Positions 38,970 to 50,286 of a stretch of 64,000 bases of DNA are shown here, one piece after another. The translations under genes were made by a program, and so were the position numbers. This DNA is from Candidatus Omnitrophota bacterium. GTDB lineage: Bacteria; Omnitrophota; Gorgyraeia; Gygaellales; Profunditerraquicolaceae. Below the pieces are notes generated by a model. The model saw nothing but the letters and a program-made list of their open reading frames with translations, made no database searches and was not told the origin of the DNA. Location of the stretch: the NCBI GenBank assembly GCA_043800555.1, contig JAZDMX010000008.1:5340-69339 (forward strand), in the 5' to 3' direction. How positions within the stretch are numbered: the stretch's first letter is position 1; each line of letters starts with the position of its first letter.

Positions 38970-40926
38970 TTTCTAATTCCTTTATTTTGTCCCGGATTAA
39001 GGCGGCTTTCTCAAACTGCAGGTTCCTGGAGGCAAGCTCCATCTCATATTCTAACTCGGAAATATATTTACGCAACTCAAATTCATCTTTCGCCTGTCCG
39101 GTAAGCTCGATCACAAGCTCGCCTGCTTCGGCGAGGCCCTCGATCCCTTCCTTAATGGCTTTTTCGATTGAACGGGGGTTGATCTTGTGCCTTTTGTTAA
39201 ATTCCAGTTGCATTTTTCTTCGGTGCCGGCTCTCCTCTATGGCTTTTTTCATCGAGCCGGTAACCGTATCCGCATACATTATTACTTTTCCGTTGATATT
39301 GCGCGCCGCTCTTCCGGAAACCTGGATTAAGCTGGTTGCCGAACGCAAAAAACCCTCTTTGTCGGCGTCTAAGATCGCAACCAGGGATACTTCCGGCAGG
39401 TCTAAGCCTTCCCTTAGCAGGTTTATTCCCACCAGGCAGTCAAACTTTTTCTTTCTTAAGTCCTTCAGGATGCCGGAGCGTTCGATGGTTTGGATTTCCG
39501 AATGCAGGTATTTTACTTTCAGCCCTTTCTCTTGCAGGTAAGCGGTTAGGTCTTCGGCAGTGCGCTTGGTGAGCGTCGTAACCAATACGCGCTCGTTAAG
39601 CTTGGAGCGGGACTTGACCTCTTTGATCAAATCCTCGATTTGGTTTTCAGACGGCCGGACGCATATTTTGGGGTCGGCTATCCCGGTGGGGCGGATAAGC
39701 TGCCGGATTATCTTCCCGCCGCTTTTTTTAGTTTCGTATTCGTTGGGCGTGGCCGAAACAAAAACCGTTCGCTTTATCAGCTTGTTGAATTCCTCGAACT
39801 TTAAGGGCCGGTTATCCAGGCAGGAGGGCAGGCGGAACCCGTATTTTACCAAAACCTCTTTCCGGGATTTGTCGCCTTCATACATCCCCCGGATTTGGGG
39901 TATGGTTACGTGCGATTCGTCGATAATGGTCAGGAAATCTCCCTGGAAATAGTCGATTAAAGAATACGGCCGCCAGCCTTTGGGCCGGCCGGATAAATGA
40001 CGGGAGTAATTTTCGATGCCGTGGCAATAGCCGATTTCCTTTAACATTTCCATATCGTATTTGGTGCGGGATTCGAGGCGCTGGGCCTCGAGGAGTTTAT
40101 TCTGCGATCTTAAAGATTCAAGCTGCGCCTCTAATTCCTGTTTTATGGAATTAAGGCTGGCGTTAATCTTATCCTGCGAGGAGACAAAATGCTTCGCGGG
40201 ATAAATCGCGGCCCTTTCCAGGTTTCCGATAATCTTGCCGGAAACAGGGTTGAATTCGGATATTTTCTCGATTTTATCCCCGTATAGCTCCAGGCGGAGC
40301 GCCTTTTCCTGGTAAGACGGGAAAACTTCGATCGTGTCCCCTCTGACCCTTAACCTTCCGCGGATAAATTCATAATCATTTCTTTCGTATTGGATGCGGA
40401 TAAGCTTGGCGAGCAATTCGTCGCGGGAGTATTGCCGGCCTGTTTCCAGTAACACCAGCATTTCTTTGTAACTCTGGGGGTCGCCCAGATTATAGATGCA
40501 GGAAACCGAGGCCACGATAATGACGTCGTTGCGGCTGATTAAGGAAGTAGTCGCGGAAAGGCGCAGGCGGTCAAGCCTTTCGTTAATGGAAGAGTCTTTT
40601 TCTATGTAGGTGTCCGTCGAGGGTATGTAAGCTTCGGGCTGGTAATAATCGTAGTAGCTTACGAAGTATTCCACCGCGTTATGGGGGAAGAATTCCTTGA
40701 ATTCGGAATATAGCTGGGCGGCCAGGGTTTTATTGTGCGAGATGACAAGGGTGGGAAGGTTGATTTTGGCTATTACGTTAGCCAGCGTAAAAGTCTTGCC
40801 GGAACCGGTTACGCCAAGCAGGGTATTAAACTGTTTGGCGGAAAGGATGCTTTTGGCCAGGCTGTTTATGGCTCCGGGCTGGTCGCCGCAAGGCTTAAAT
40901 TTTGAAACAAGCTTGAAATTATGCAC
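38953..40926 (-). CDS. uvrB: Excinuclease ABC subunit B
   Basis: GVTGSGKT, SYYDYYQPEAY, DESH, GRAARN, UVR domain. Confidence 0.99.
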   Translation of the reverse strand: MHNFKLVSKFKPCGDQPGAINSLAKSILSAKQFNTLLGVTGSGKTFTLANVIAKINLPTLVISHNKTLAAQLYSEFKEFFPHNAVEYFVSYYDYYQPEAYIPSTDTYIEKDSSINERLDRLRLSATTSLISRNDVIIVASVSCIYNLGDPQSYKEMLVLLETGRQYSRDELLAKLIRIQYERNDYEFIRGRLRVRGDTIEVFPSYQEKALRLELYGDKIEKISEFNPVSGKIIGNLERAAIYPAKHFVSSQDKINASLNSIKQELEAQLESLRSQNKLLEAQRLESRTKYDMEMLKEIGYCHGIENYSRHLSGRPKGWRPYSLIDYFQGDFLTIIDESHVTIPQIRGMYEGDKSRKEVLVKYGFRLPSCLDNRPLKFEEFNKLIKRTVFVSATPNEYETKKSGGKIIRQLIRPTGIADPKICVRPSENQIEDLIKEVKSRSKLNERVLVTTLTKRTAEDLTAYLQEKGLKVKYLHSEIQTIERSGILKDLRKKKFDCLVGINLLREGLDLPEVSLVAILDADKEGFLRSATSLIQVSGRAARNINGKVIMYADTVTGSMKKAIEESRHRRKMQLEFNKRHKINPRSIEKAIKEGIEGLAEAGELVIELTGQAKDEFELRKYISELEYEMELASRNLQFEKAALIRDKIKELENATSR

Positions 40927-40953
40927 TGATCCAATAAATAGCCATAAGCTTGG

Positions 40954-41835
40954 TTAGACTACCTCTAAACTCATATCTACCGCTTTAACCGAATGCGTCA
41001 GTTCACCGATTGAGATAATGTCTATGCCCAGGGCAGCGATTTTTCTTACCGAATCAAAACCCACCCCGCCGCTAGCCTCAAGCAGCGTGGGAGGATGATG
41101 GCTTTTGAATTCGGTATTATCGCGGATCTTTATGGCCTCTTTCATATCCGCAAGGCTCATATTATCCAGCATGATCACATCCGGCTTGAAATACAAGGCA
41201 TGCTTGAACTCATCGAGGTTTTGCGCCTCGATTTCGATTTTAAAGCCTTTGGGGACGCTGGGCAGTTTTTCATAGCCTTCGGTAACTTTAAGATGGTTAT
41301 CTTTTATCAAAATCATTTCATCCAGGCCCATGCGGTGGTTATGGCCTCCTCCGATGCGCACGGCATATTTCTGCAATTCCCTTAATCCCGGGAGGGTTTT
41401 GCGGGTATCGGTAATCTTGGCTTTATAAGGCTCGATATGCTCGACGTATTCCCTTGTCCGGCTGGCTATTCCGGAAAGCATGCTTAAGAGGTTTAAGGCA
41501 ACCCTCTCTGCGCTTAAGATGCTCGAGGCTTTCCCTGAAATTTCCACGATGGCGTTACCCGCCTTGGCTTGCCTGCCTTCCTTGGCCAAAGCTTTAAATT
41601 TAACCGAAGGGTCCACCGACTTGAAAGCCTTTTCCGCTACGTTTATGCCGCAGATAACGGCCTTTTGCTTGGCTATGATTTTTGCTTCGATTGTTTTATC
41701 CTTGGGAATAGTCAACTGCGTAGTAATGTCCCCTCTGCCGATATCTTCGATTAACGCCTGGCGCACGATATGATTGAGCTTTTCCATGTCCAGCTTCGGT
41801 TCTGCTTCAGAAAGAAAATATTTACCTAAGGCCAT
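40954..41835 (-). CDS. nadC: Quinolinate phosphoribosyltransferase
   Basis: EDIGRGDITT, DTRKTLPG, NHRMGL, IKDNH, MLDNM, EASGG. Confidence 0.97.
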   Translation of the reverse strand: MALGKYFLSEAEPKLDMEKLNHIVRQALIEDIGRGDITTQLTIPKDKTIEAKIIAKQKAVICGINVAEKAFKSVDPSVKFKALAKEGRQAKAGNAIVEISGKASSILSAERVALNLLSMLSGIASRTREYVEHIEPYKAKITDTRKTLPGLRELQKYAVRIGGGHNHRMGLDEMILIKDNHLKVTEGYEKLPSVPKGFKIEIEAQNLDEFKHALYFKPDVIMLDNMSLADMKEAIKIRDNTEFKSHHPPTLLEASGGVGFDSVRKIAALGIDIISIGELTHSVKAVDMSLEVV

Positions 41836-44511
41836 CTTTTACTCCTCTTAGTTTTTGCGCCTCATCCTTTAGGTTTTTTAATTTCTCCCGTTCTTTCTCC
41901 ACGACTTCCGCCGGCGCCCGCTTCAAAAAGTTCTTATCGGAAAGCATCTTCTCTTTCGAGCTTGCGCCTGTTTCGGCCCTCTTGATTTTCTCCTCGATTT
42001 TTTCTTTATGTTTTTCTATGTCGATTACCCCGGCCAAAGGGATAATTATATGCATATCTTTCAGGACACCGGCAAACTCCCCCGGCGCCTTCTTGTATTC
42101 ATCCAGGATCTCCAGGCTGCTTAAAGCGGCCAAGCTTTGGATTTGGGCGGAAAGCGATTCTAAAAACGCCTTCTTCGCCTTGCCGGAAACAGCGATCTTG
42201 GCCCCCAGGTTGGCTTGCGCAACAGGAATATCGAGCTCAAGGCGCATATTCCTTATGTGCGTGATTACGCCCAGGGCTTCTTCCATTGCCTTTTCGCTCT
42301 TAGGGTCGATAATATCCTCCTGGATGTGCGGCCAGCTGGAGACCATTATTGAGCCGGAGTCATCCGAAAGCTTATGCCATATCTCTTCGGTGATAAAGGG
42401 CATAAACGGATGCAAGGCCCTTAAGAATTTCTCGAGTATTTTATACATTACGATTTGGTTATGCGGGTTGCGGATGTCCGGTTTAATGATTTCCAGGTAC
42501 CAATCGCAGAATTCATGCCAGAAGAAGGAGTAAAGCGAATTGGCTGCCTCGTTGAATTTGTAATTATCCAGGTTTTTCCCCAGGCCCTTTAAAGTGGAAT
42601 AAAACCGGCTTAATATCCAGCGGTTTGCCGGGCTTAGGTCCTCTTTTTTAAAGAACACGCAAAGGTCTGTTTTTACCGCCGCCTTATCCAGGTTCATCAG
42701 GATAAACCGGGAGGCATTCCAGATTTTATTGGCAAAATTTCTGCCCTGCTCAAACCTCTCTTTGGATAAATACACATCCTGGCCCTGCGCCGTGATGGAG
42801 ATAAGGCTGAAACGCAAGGCGTCGGCCCCGTATTCGTTGATGATCTCCAGAGGGTCGATGATATTGCCGAGGGATTTGGACATCTTTTTGCCTTCGATGT
42901 CGCGCACTGTCCCGTGGATATAAACGTCCTTAAAAGGGGCTTCCTTCATAAATGCAAACCCCGCCATAATCATGCGGGCGACCCAGAAAAAGATGATTTC
43001 CGGGGCGGTAACTAAGGTTGATGTGGGGTAAAAATACTTGAGGTCATCTTTGCTGCGGGATTCATCCGGCCAGTAAAACGCGGCAAAAGGCCATAGCCAC
43101 GACGAAAACCAGGTGTCCAGCACATCTTCGTCCTGGTGAATGCCCGTAGAGCCGCATTCAGGGCATTTATCAGGCTTGCAGCGGGAGACGATAACGCCTT
43201 TGGCCCCTTTTTTTCCTTTTGTTGAACTGCCTGCCTGTTTGGCGCAATCGTCGCAATAATAAACCGGCAAACGATGCCCCCACCATATCTGCCGCGATAT
43301 GCACCAATCCTGTATATTCTCCATCCAGTTCAGGTAAACCTTGCTCCATCGCCCCGGATGAAACCTGACCTTCCCCTTCTTTACCGATTCCAATGCGTAA
43401 GTGGAAAGCGGTTGCATTTTTACGAACCATTGTTTGGATAGGTATGGCTCGATTATGGTGTGGCAGCGGTAGCAATGGCCGGCGGATAAAGGGTGAGGCT
43501 CGGTTTTCTCCAGCAATTTTCTTTCTTTCAGGTCTTCTAAAATCACCTCCCTGGCCTCAAACCTGTCCATTCCGCTATATTCACCGGCATTCTGGTTTAA
43601 AACCCCGTCCGGCCGCATTATATTAATGAATTCCAGGTTATGTTTTTTGCCCATCGCGTAGTCGTTAGGGTCGTGCGCGGGGGTGACCTTTACTGCTCCG
43701 GTCCCGAATTCCATATCCACCGCGCTATCGGCGATAATCTTTATTTGACGGTTAACTAAAGGCAGGATTAAAATTTTACCGGCCAATTTCTTATAACGCT
43801 TATCTTTGGGGTTGACCGCGACCGCCGTATCTCCCAGCATGGTTTCCGGACGGGTAGTGGCTACCGTTACGAATTCATCCGGGCAATCTTTAAGCGGGTA
43901 TTTTAAATAATAGAGTTGCCCTGCAGGCTTTTATGCGGGGCTTCTTCGTCGGATAAGGCGGTCTGGCAGCGCGGGCACCAGTTTATTATGTAGCTGCCCC
44001 GGTAAATCAGCCCTTTTTCGTATAACCTGACGAAAACTTCCACAACCGCCTTGGAGTATTCTTCGTCCATGGTAAAACGCTCGCGGCTCCAGTCACATGA
44101 GGCGCCTAATTTCTTGAGCTGGCGGATGATGGTTGAGCCGTATTCCTCTTTCCATAACCAGACCCGCCGGATAAATTCTTCGCGGCCTAAATCCTGGCGT
44201 TTTAGCCCTTCTTTGGCAATCGATTTTTCCACGACATTCTGGGTCGCAATCCCGGCATGGTCGGTCCCGGGCATCCAGAGCGATTCTTTGCCTTTCATCC
44301 TCTGGTAGCGGATAAGGATATCCTGGATAGTGTTATTTAAGGCGTGGCCCATATGCAGGATGCCGGTCACATTGGGCGGCGGAATGACTATTACGAACGG
44401 TTTTTTGGCGGAGTTGCTTTTTGCGGCGAATAGATTATTATCTTCCCAGCTCTTATACCATTTGTCTTCGGTTTCTTTAGGGTTGTATTGCCGGGGGATC
44501 TCATCAATCAT
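41822..44511 (-). CDS. valS: Valyl-tRNA synthetase, split by a 1-nt deletion near 43914 (probable sequencing error)
   Basis: [13 protein letters not shown] in ORF 43903-44511; KMSKS in ORF 41822-43840; adding one base gives ..[24 protein letters not shown]. Confidence 0.93.
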
Positions 44512-46075
44512 TTAACGTTATCTTTTAAAAGTTTATACTCGATACTGTCAACCAGGGCCTGCCAACTGGCTTCGATGATGTTCTCCGATACGCCGATGGT
44601 ATTCCAGCTCTCTGATTCATCGTGCGATTGGATCAAAACCCTTACTTTCGCGGCCGTTCCCGCTTTCTCATCCAGCACGCGCACCTTGAAATCAGAGAGG
44701 CGCATTTTGGAAAGCGTAGGATAGAAATCTTTTAACGCTTTGCGCAAGGCGTTATCCAGGGCATTAACCGGGCCGTCGCCGTCGACGGCAGTATGTTCTT
44801 TTACGCCTTTTACCTTAATCTTGATGATCGCTTCGGTAGTAATCTGCTTATCGGATTTCTTTTCGATTACCATGCGGAATCCTTCCAACTCGAAGAATTT
44901 CTTGTATTTCTTAAGCGCGCGCTTCATCAGGAGCTCAAAAGAAGCTTCGGCGGCTTCAAAATGATAGCCTTCATGTTCCAGTTTCTGCACGAGCTTGAGG
45001 ATCTTTTGGGTTTTCGGGTCATCTTTCTTTAAATCCAGGTCCATATCTTTGGCGCGGACTAATACCCCGGTTTTGCCGGCAAGTTCGGAAACCAGGACCT
45101 TGCGGCGGTTCCCGACTAACGCCGGATCGATATGTTCATAGGTCCGGGGGTTCTTCATGATCGCGTTGATATGCATCCCGCCTTTATGCGCAAAACTTGA
45201 TTCGCCGGTATAGGGTTGGTCTGCGCGCGGCTTCATATTGCTGATTTCGCTCACAAAATGCGAAACATGGGTTAGTTCTTTTAGCTTGTCGCCGGAAATG
45301 CAGTCAATCGACATTTTCAGCTTGAGGTTGGCGATTATGGGTATTAAATCCGCGTTTCCGCAGCGCTCGCCAATGCCGTTAATCGTCCCCTGGACGATAT
45401 CAGCGCCCGCTTCCACCGCAGCCAGGGAATTGGCGACAGCCAGCCCGGCGTCGTTATGGCAGTGGATCCCAAGGCTAACCTTGATCCTGGATTTGGCAAG
45501 AGCGGTTATATCAAGGACTTCGGATGTCAATGCCCCTCCGTTAGTATCGCACAGGCAGATTGCTTTTGCCCCCGCCTCTTCGGCGGCGATAATAGTTTTT
45601 AAGGCGTATTCGCTGTTTTTCTTATAGGCGTCAAAGAAATGTTCCGCATCGTAAAAAACAGTTTGCCCCTTGGAAACCAAAAATCCCACCGTATCCTTAA
45701 TCATCTCCAGGTTCTCGTTAAGGGTGGCCTTTAACACATCGGTTACATGCAAATCCCAGGTTTTGCCACGATAGTGATAATCCCGGCCTGCGATTTAAGC
45801 AGGGCCTTTATATTGGGGTCCTGGGAAGCTTTTGAGTTGAGCCTGCGGGTCATGCTGAAGGCGCAAAGCCGGCTGTTTTTTAGCCTGATGCCGGGCATCT
45901 TCAGGAAGAATTCCATATCTTTAGGGTTAGAACCGGGCCAGCCGCCTTCGATATACTGGATCCCCAATAGGTCCAATTCTTTGGCAATATTGACCTTATC
46001 CATTACCGAATAAGAAATTCCTTCTCCCTGCGCGCCGTCGCGCAGCGTCGTATCGTATATTTTTACCTTTGCCAT
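44508..46075 (-). CDS. cimA: Citramalate synthase, split by a 1-nt deletion near 45766 (probable sequencing error)
   Basis: [23 protein letters not shown]; adding one G gives [11 protein letters not shown]; [20 protein letters not shown]. Confidence 0.9.
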
Positions 46076-46094
46076 GCAAACCTCGTTTCTTTTC

Positions 46095-47315
46095 CTATTT
46101 TGCCAGACCGAATTTATTATGCAATGATTTTACCGCTATCTCCGCGGATTTATTCTTGATGATGCAGGATATGCTTATGTCCGAGGTAGAGATCATTTCG
46201 ATGTTAATTTTACTTTTGGCCAGCGTATCGAACATTGCCGCGGCCACGCCCGAGTGGGATTTCATGCCCACCCCGACGATAGAAACGCGCGCGATATCCC
46301 CGTCCTCCAGGACTTCCTCTATCCCCAAGGCAAACGCCAATTTGCGGGTGATTTTTATGGCCTTAGCGGCTTGCGCCTTAGAAACCGTAAAAGATATGTC
46401 CGTCTGGCGAAGGCGGCTCACGTTTTGAACGATCATATCCACGTTGACTTGGGCTTCGGCGAGCGCCTTAAATATCCTGGCGGCAGCCCCGGGCTTATCC
46501 GGCACATTGCAAATAGTAATTTTGGCTTCGTTCCTGTTCAAAGTGACCGCGCTTACGACAACTTCCTCCATCTTACTGACCTCCTTGATAATCATGGTCC
46601 CGCTTTTTGCGGAAAACGATGAGCGCACATGTATGGGGACATTGAATTTCTTGGCTACTTCGATGGAGCGGGCCTGCATTACCTGGGCCCCCAAAGAAGC
46701 CATCTCCAGCATTTCATCATAAGTAATGGAATCGATTTTTCTTGCCTTTGGCTCAATCCTGGGGTCGGCGGTATAAATCCCGTCGACATCGGTATATATT
46801 TCGCATTCGTCGGCTTTGAGCTCTTTCGCCAGGGCAACCGCGGTCAAGTCCGAGCCTCCCCGGCCCAGGGTGGTAATGTCCTGATTGACGGACATCCCTT
46901 GAAATCCGGCGACTATGACAATCTTTCCTTTTTGCAGCGCCTCTTTGGTCTTATCGGCGTTGATTTTAATTATCCGGGCGCGGGTATGGCTGGAATCCGT
47001 AATGATCCCGACCTGGGAACCGGTAAAGGATATGGCCTCAAAACCCAGCTTATGGATAGCCATCGCCAAAAGCGCCACAGAGATCTGCTCGCCGGTTGAC
47101 AAAAGCATATCCATTTCGCGCTCGCTTGGCTCGCTATTGATCTTTCCGGCCAATGCGATCAACTCATCCGTAGTGTCCCCCAGGGCCGAAACAACGACAA
47201 CCAGGTCATGGCCTCTTTTGCGGTAACCGGCCACTCTTTCGGCAACCTTCTGGATCCTTTTGACGTTTGCCACGGAAGAACCGCCGAATTTCTGGACAAT
47301 CAATTTTTTACCCAT
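46095..47315 (-). CDS. lysC: Aspartokinase
   Basis: VQKFGGSSV, TLGRGGSD, YTDVDG, two ACT domains. Confidence 0.97.
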   Translation of the reverse strand: MGKKLIVQKFGGSSVANVKRIQKVAERVAGYRKRGHDLVVVVSALGDTTDELIALAGKINSEPSEREMDMLLSTGEQISVALLAMAIHKLGFEAISFTGSQVGIITDSSHTRARIIKINADKTKEALQKGKIVIVAGFQGMSVNQDITTLGRGGSDLTAVALAKELKADECEIYTDVDGIYTADPRIEPKARKIDSITYDEMLEMASLGAQVMQARSIEVAKKFNVPIHVRSSFSAKSGTMIIKEVSKMEEVVVSAVTLNRNEAKITICNVPDKPGAAARIFKALAEAQVNVDMIVQNVSRLRQTDISFTVSKAQAAKAIKITRKLAFALGIEEVLEDGDIARVSIVGVGMKSHSGVAAAMFDTLAKSKINIEMISTSDISISCIIKNKSAEIAVKSLHNKFGLAK

Positions 47316-47339
47316 TTAAGATCGCATCCCCCTGGCGGG

Positions 47340-48542
47340 TTAGACGGCTCCTTTTATAAAATAATCCATCAATTCGTGGCCTTGGCCGAAATAAAGATCG
47401 GACTTAGCCGCTTCTTTTTCGCTGTATTCCAGGAAACCCCTGGCAATTACATCCTGGCCGAATACGCCAAAAGGCACGACGTCCCGGGTGTGGGTTTTCC
47501 GGGAAACCGGCGTGGCGTGGTCCGGCAAAACCATGATCCTGAAATTATGCTTATTTCTTAGCTTCTTTAGGATACTGCCTAAGACCAGATTATCAAACCT
47601 CTCGATCGCGGTGATTTTTTCCCTTAAGTCCCCGTTATGCCCGGCCTCATCAGCCGCCTCCAGGTGCACGAACACAAAATCGTTATCCCGCAATGAATTC
47701 AGGGCAGCCGCAGCCTTGCCTTCATAGTTAGTATCGTAAAAACCGGTTGCCCCGGGGACATTGATGGCCTCCAGGCCCAGCAGCCTGCCTAAGCCTTTGA
47801 TCAGGTCCACCGCGGAAATCACGCTTCCGGTTAAATTATATTTATCCGTAAAACGCGGAAGGTTCGGTTGTTTCCCCTGGCCCCAGAGCCAGATCATATT
47901 CGCCGGGTTTTCTTTTAAATCAACGCGCACCAGGTTGATTTCATGCTTGCTCAAGATTTGGCGCGAATCCTCCATCAATTTAATGATTGTTTCGGCGGAA
48001 TCCCCTTTGGGCAGGTTCGGCGGTATTTTTTCTCCGCTAATATCATGCGGGGCCCGGCAGCGCAGTTTTTCAAGATGGGTATCGGCGCCGCGCTTAACTA
48101 CCAACAGATGGCGGTAACTTACCCCGGTATAAAACTTAATCCTGTTCGTCCCTAAATGTTCGTCTATATACTTAATGAGGATAGCCGCTTCTTTGGAGCT
48201 GATATGCCCTGCGCTGTAATCCGTCAGCCTGCCATCGGAAACCATTACGAGGTTGCAGCGGAAGGCCACGTCGTCATCTTCCAACCTGACGCCCAGATTC
48301 GCCGCTTCAAGCGGAGCCCTTCCCGTATAGTATTTCTTTGGGTCATAGCCAAAAATACTGATCTGCGCCACATCCGAGCCCGGGATAAAACCGTCAGGGA
48401 TGGTTTTTACCCTTCCCAGCCTTCCGTGCTTGGCGATAAAATCCATATTCGGGGTTTTGGCGGCTTCCAAGGGCGTCCGGCCCCCCAATTCCGGGATCGG
48501 GTAGTCGGCCATGCCGTCACAGACTAAAACAATGTATTTCAT
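47340..48542 (-). CDS. Cofactor-independent phosphoglycerate mutase-like protein (ApgM; proposed homoserine kinase subfamily)
   Basis: MKYIVLVCDGMAD, PGSDVA, YTGRAPLEAA, DEAGH, PDHATP; lies in a hom-thrC-lysC cluster. Confidence 0.88.
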   Translation of the reverse strand: MKYIVLVCDGMADYPIPELGGRTPLEAAKTPNMDFIAKHGRLGRVKTIPDGFIPGSDVAQISIFGYDPKKYYTGRAPLEAANLGVRLEDDDVAFRCNLVMVSDGRLTDYSAGHISSKEAAILIKYIDEHLGTNRIKFYTGVSYRHLLVVKRGADTHLEKLRCRAPHDISGEKIPPNLPKGDSAETIIKLMEDSRQILSKHEINLVRVDLKENPANMIWLWGQGKQPNLPRFTDKYNLTGSVISAVDLIKGLGRLLGLEAINVPGATGFYDTNYEGKAAAALNSLRDNDFVFVHLEAADEAGHNGDLREKITAIERFDNLVLGSILKKLRNKHNFRIMVLPDHATPVSRKTHTRDVVPFGVFGQDVIARGFLEYSEKEAAKSDLYFGQGHELMDYFIKGAV

Positions 48543-49174
48543 ATTTTCTTTCCGATTAAGCCAGTTAATGCCTTTGCCATTTTTTCTTTTGAGGAAAAAC
48601 AACCGCTCGTTTTGTCCCGGCTGACCAGGTATGCCGCGTATCTCCTGTTTTTTGCGGTATTCGCCACCACTAAATCAAGGCCGGCTTTTTTAAGCAAAGA
48701 GCGGGCCTTCTTTATAAGCTTATCATCCGATAAGCCGGGCTCAAATTTAAACCCGGCTAAAAACGAACCGCTCAAGGCCCCGCGTAAACCGCAGATGATC
48801 TTAGGCGCCTGTTTCAGGGTTAACCTTAATATTTTACGGGAGGAGCTAAGTTTTGCCTTATTTGCCGGAACCGGGGCGTAATCCGAAACAGCGGCAGCAT
48901 GGATTACGGCAGCATACCTTTTTTTAAGCTCCTTTTTCACTAACAGGCTTAGCTCGTCAAAAAACTTGAAATCTATAACTTTTATCTTCTTATTTAAACG
49001 GTAAGCCCCGATAGGCCCGAGTAATAACGTAACTTTTGAGCCCTGCGCCGCTAAATTTTCAGCCAATAAAACGCCTGTTTTGCCGGTAGAGATATTGCTG
49101 ATCACCCTTACGCTATCTATCGGCGCCCAAGTCGGGCCTGCCGTAATCAGGATTCTTTTATTCCTTAAAGTCAT
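48539..49174 (-). CDS. coaB: Phosphopantothenate-cysteine ligase domain (stand-alone CoaB)
   Basis: ITAGPTWAPIDSVRVISNISTGKTG, HAAAVSDY, GFKFE, VVAN; no flavoprotein CoaC domain. Confidence 0.82.
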   Translation of the reverse strand: MTLRNKRILITAGPTWAPIDSVRVISNISTGKTGVLLAENLAAQGSKVTLLLGPIGAYRLNKKIKVIDFKFFDELSLLVKKELKKRYAAVIHAAAVSDYAPVPANKAKLSSSRKILRLTLKQAPKIICGLRGALSGSFLAGFKFEPGLSDDKLIKKARSLLKKAGLDLVVANTAKNRRYAAYLVSRDKTSGCFSSKEKMAKALTGLIGKKI

Positions 49175-49187
49175 TTATTCAGATGCC

Positions 49188-49205
49188 GCAAGCCCGCGGG
49201 CTTGC
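49188..49205. other. Perfect 18-bp GC-rich palindrome between thrC and coaB
   Basis: gcaagcccgcgggcttgc equals its own reverse complement; no U-tract. Confidence 0.5.
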
Positions 49206-49206
49206 C

Positions 49207-50286
49207 TTAATAGCCAATTTCTTTTAAAATCGCCTGCAGGCGCGGCTTGATTACCTTTGGTTTCTTTACGCTTTTTATCGCCCGGTCAGGGTCTTTTAAC
49301 CCGTGGCCGGTCAGGATGCAGGCAATACGGGCTTTTTGCTTTCCCGATTTCGGTTTGCAGCCGCGAAAATAGCCTTTTTTAGCCAATTTCAAAAGCCCGG
49401 CAACTGACGCCGCGCTGGCAGGCTCAACAAATACCCCGTCATTAAGCGCAAGCATTTTATAAGCTTCCAAAATCCGGCTATCCGAAACCATATCGATCAG
49501 CCCGCCGGATTCGTCCCGGGCGTTTTCTGCCTGTTTCCAACTGGCGGGGTTTCCGATGCGGATGGCGGTTGCAATTGTTTCAGGATGCTTTATCGGATGC
49601 CCTCTTACTATCGGGGCTGCGCCTTCAGCTTGAAAACCCAGCATCTTCGGCAGGCCCCGGGAGGCTTTCGCAGCCCGGTATTCTTTATACCCCTTCCAAT
49701 AGGCGGTAATGTTGCCGGCATTACCGACCGGGATTACCTGAAAATCCGGGGCATCCCCCAGAAAATCGCAAATCTCAAAACTCGCTGTTTTTTGCCCTTC
49801 AATGCGGTAGGGGTTAAGCGAATTTACAAGCGTAACCGGGTATTTAGCGGTGATCTCGCGCGCTAAGCCCAGAGCCTCGTCGAAATTTCCATCTATTGCC
49901 AATACCTGCGCGCCATGGATAAGGGCCTGGCTCAACTTTCCTAACGCAATCGCCCCGCTGGGGATAAGGACAATGCATTTTATTCCGGCGCATGCGGCGT
50001 AAGCGGCAGCGGAAGCGGATGTATTCCCCGTTGAGGCGCACATTACGGCTTTTGAGCCTTGCTCGCAAGCCTTTGAAATAGCCAGGGTCATTCCCCTGTC
50101 TTTAAAAGAGCCCGTAGGATTTGAGCCTTCATATTTCAGGTAAACTTCAAAGCCTTTTCCCAAGAGCTTGCTTAAATACCCGGAGTAAATCAAAGGGGTG
50201 TTGCCTTCATTAAGGGTAATTACCGGGGTTTTATCCGTCACCGGAAGGTATTTCTTGTATTTATCTATTAACCCCAGGTATTTCAC
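49207..50286 (-). CDS. thrC: Threonine synthase
   Basis: [44 protein letters not shown]. Confidence 0.97.
   Translation of the reverse strand: MKYLGLIDKYKKYLPVTDKTPVITLNEGNTPLIYSGYLSKLLGKGFEVYLKYEGSNPTGSFKDRGMTLAISKACEQGSKAVMCASTGNTSASAAAYAACAGIKCIVLIPSGAIALGKLSQALIHGAQVLAIDGNFDEALGLAREITAKYPVTLVNSLNPYRIEGQKTASFEICDFLGDAPDFQVIPVGNAGNITAYWKGYKEYRAAKASRGLPKMLGFQAEGAAPIVRGHPIKHPETIATAIRIGNPASWKQAENARDESGGLIDMVSDSRILEAYKMLALNDGVFVEPASAASVAGLLKLAKKGYFRGCKPKSGKQKARIACILTGHGLKDPDRAIKSVKKPKVIKPRLQAILKEIGY

Noticed and set aside
43900-43920. valS split into two ORFs: programmed frameshift or pseudogene?
   Set aside because: One missing base (AAC CTC read as AAC TC) restores a normal essential protein, and there is no slippery heptamer. 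Most likely a sequencing indel; read mapping would decide.
45743-45770. cimA split into two ORFs
   Set aside because: One G missing from a short G run restores VGKTWDLHV. This is a typical homopolymer error, and it lies within 2 kb of the valS one.
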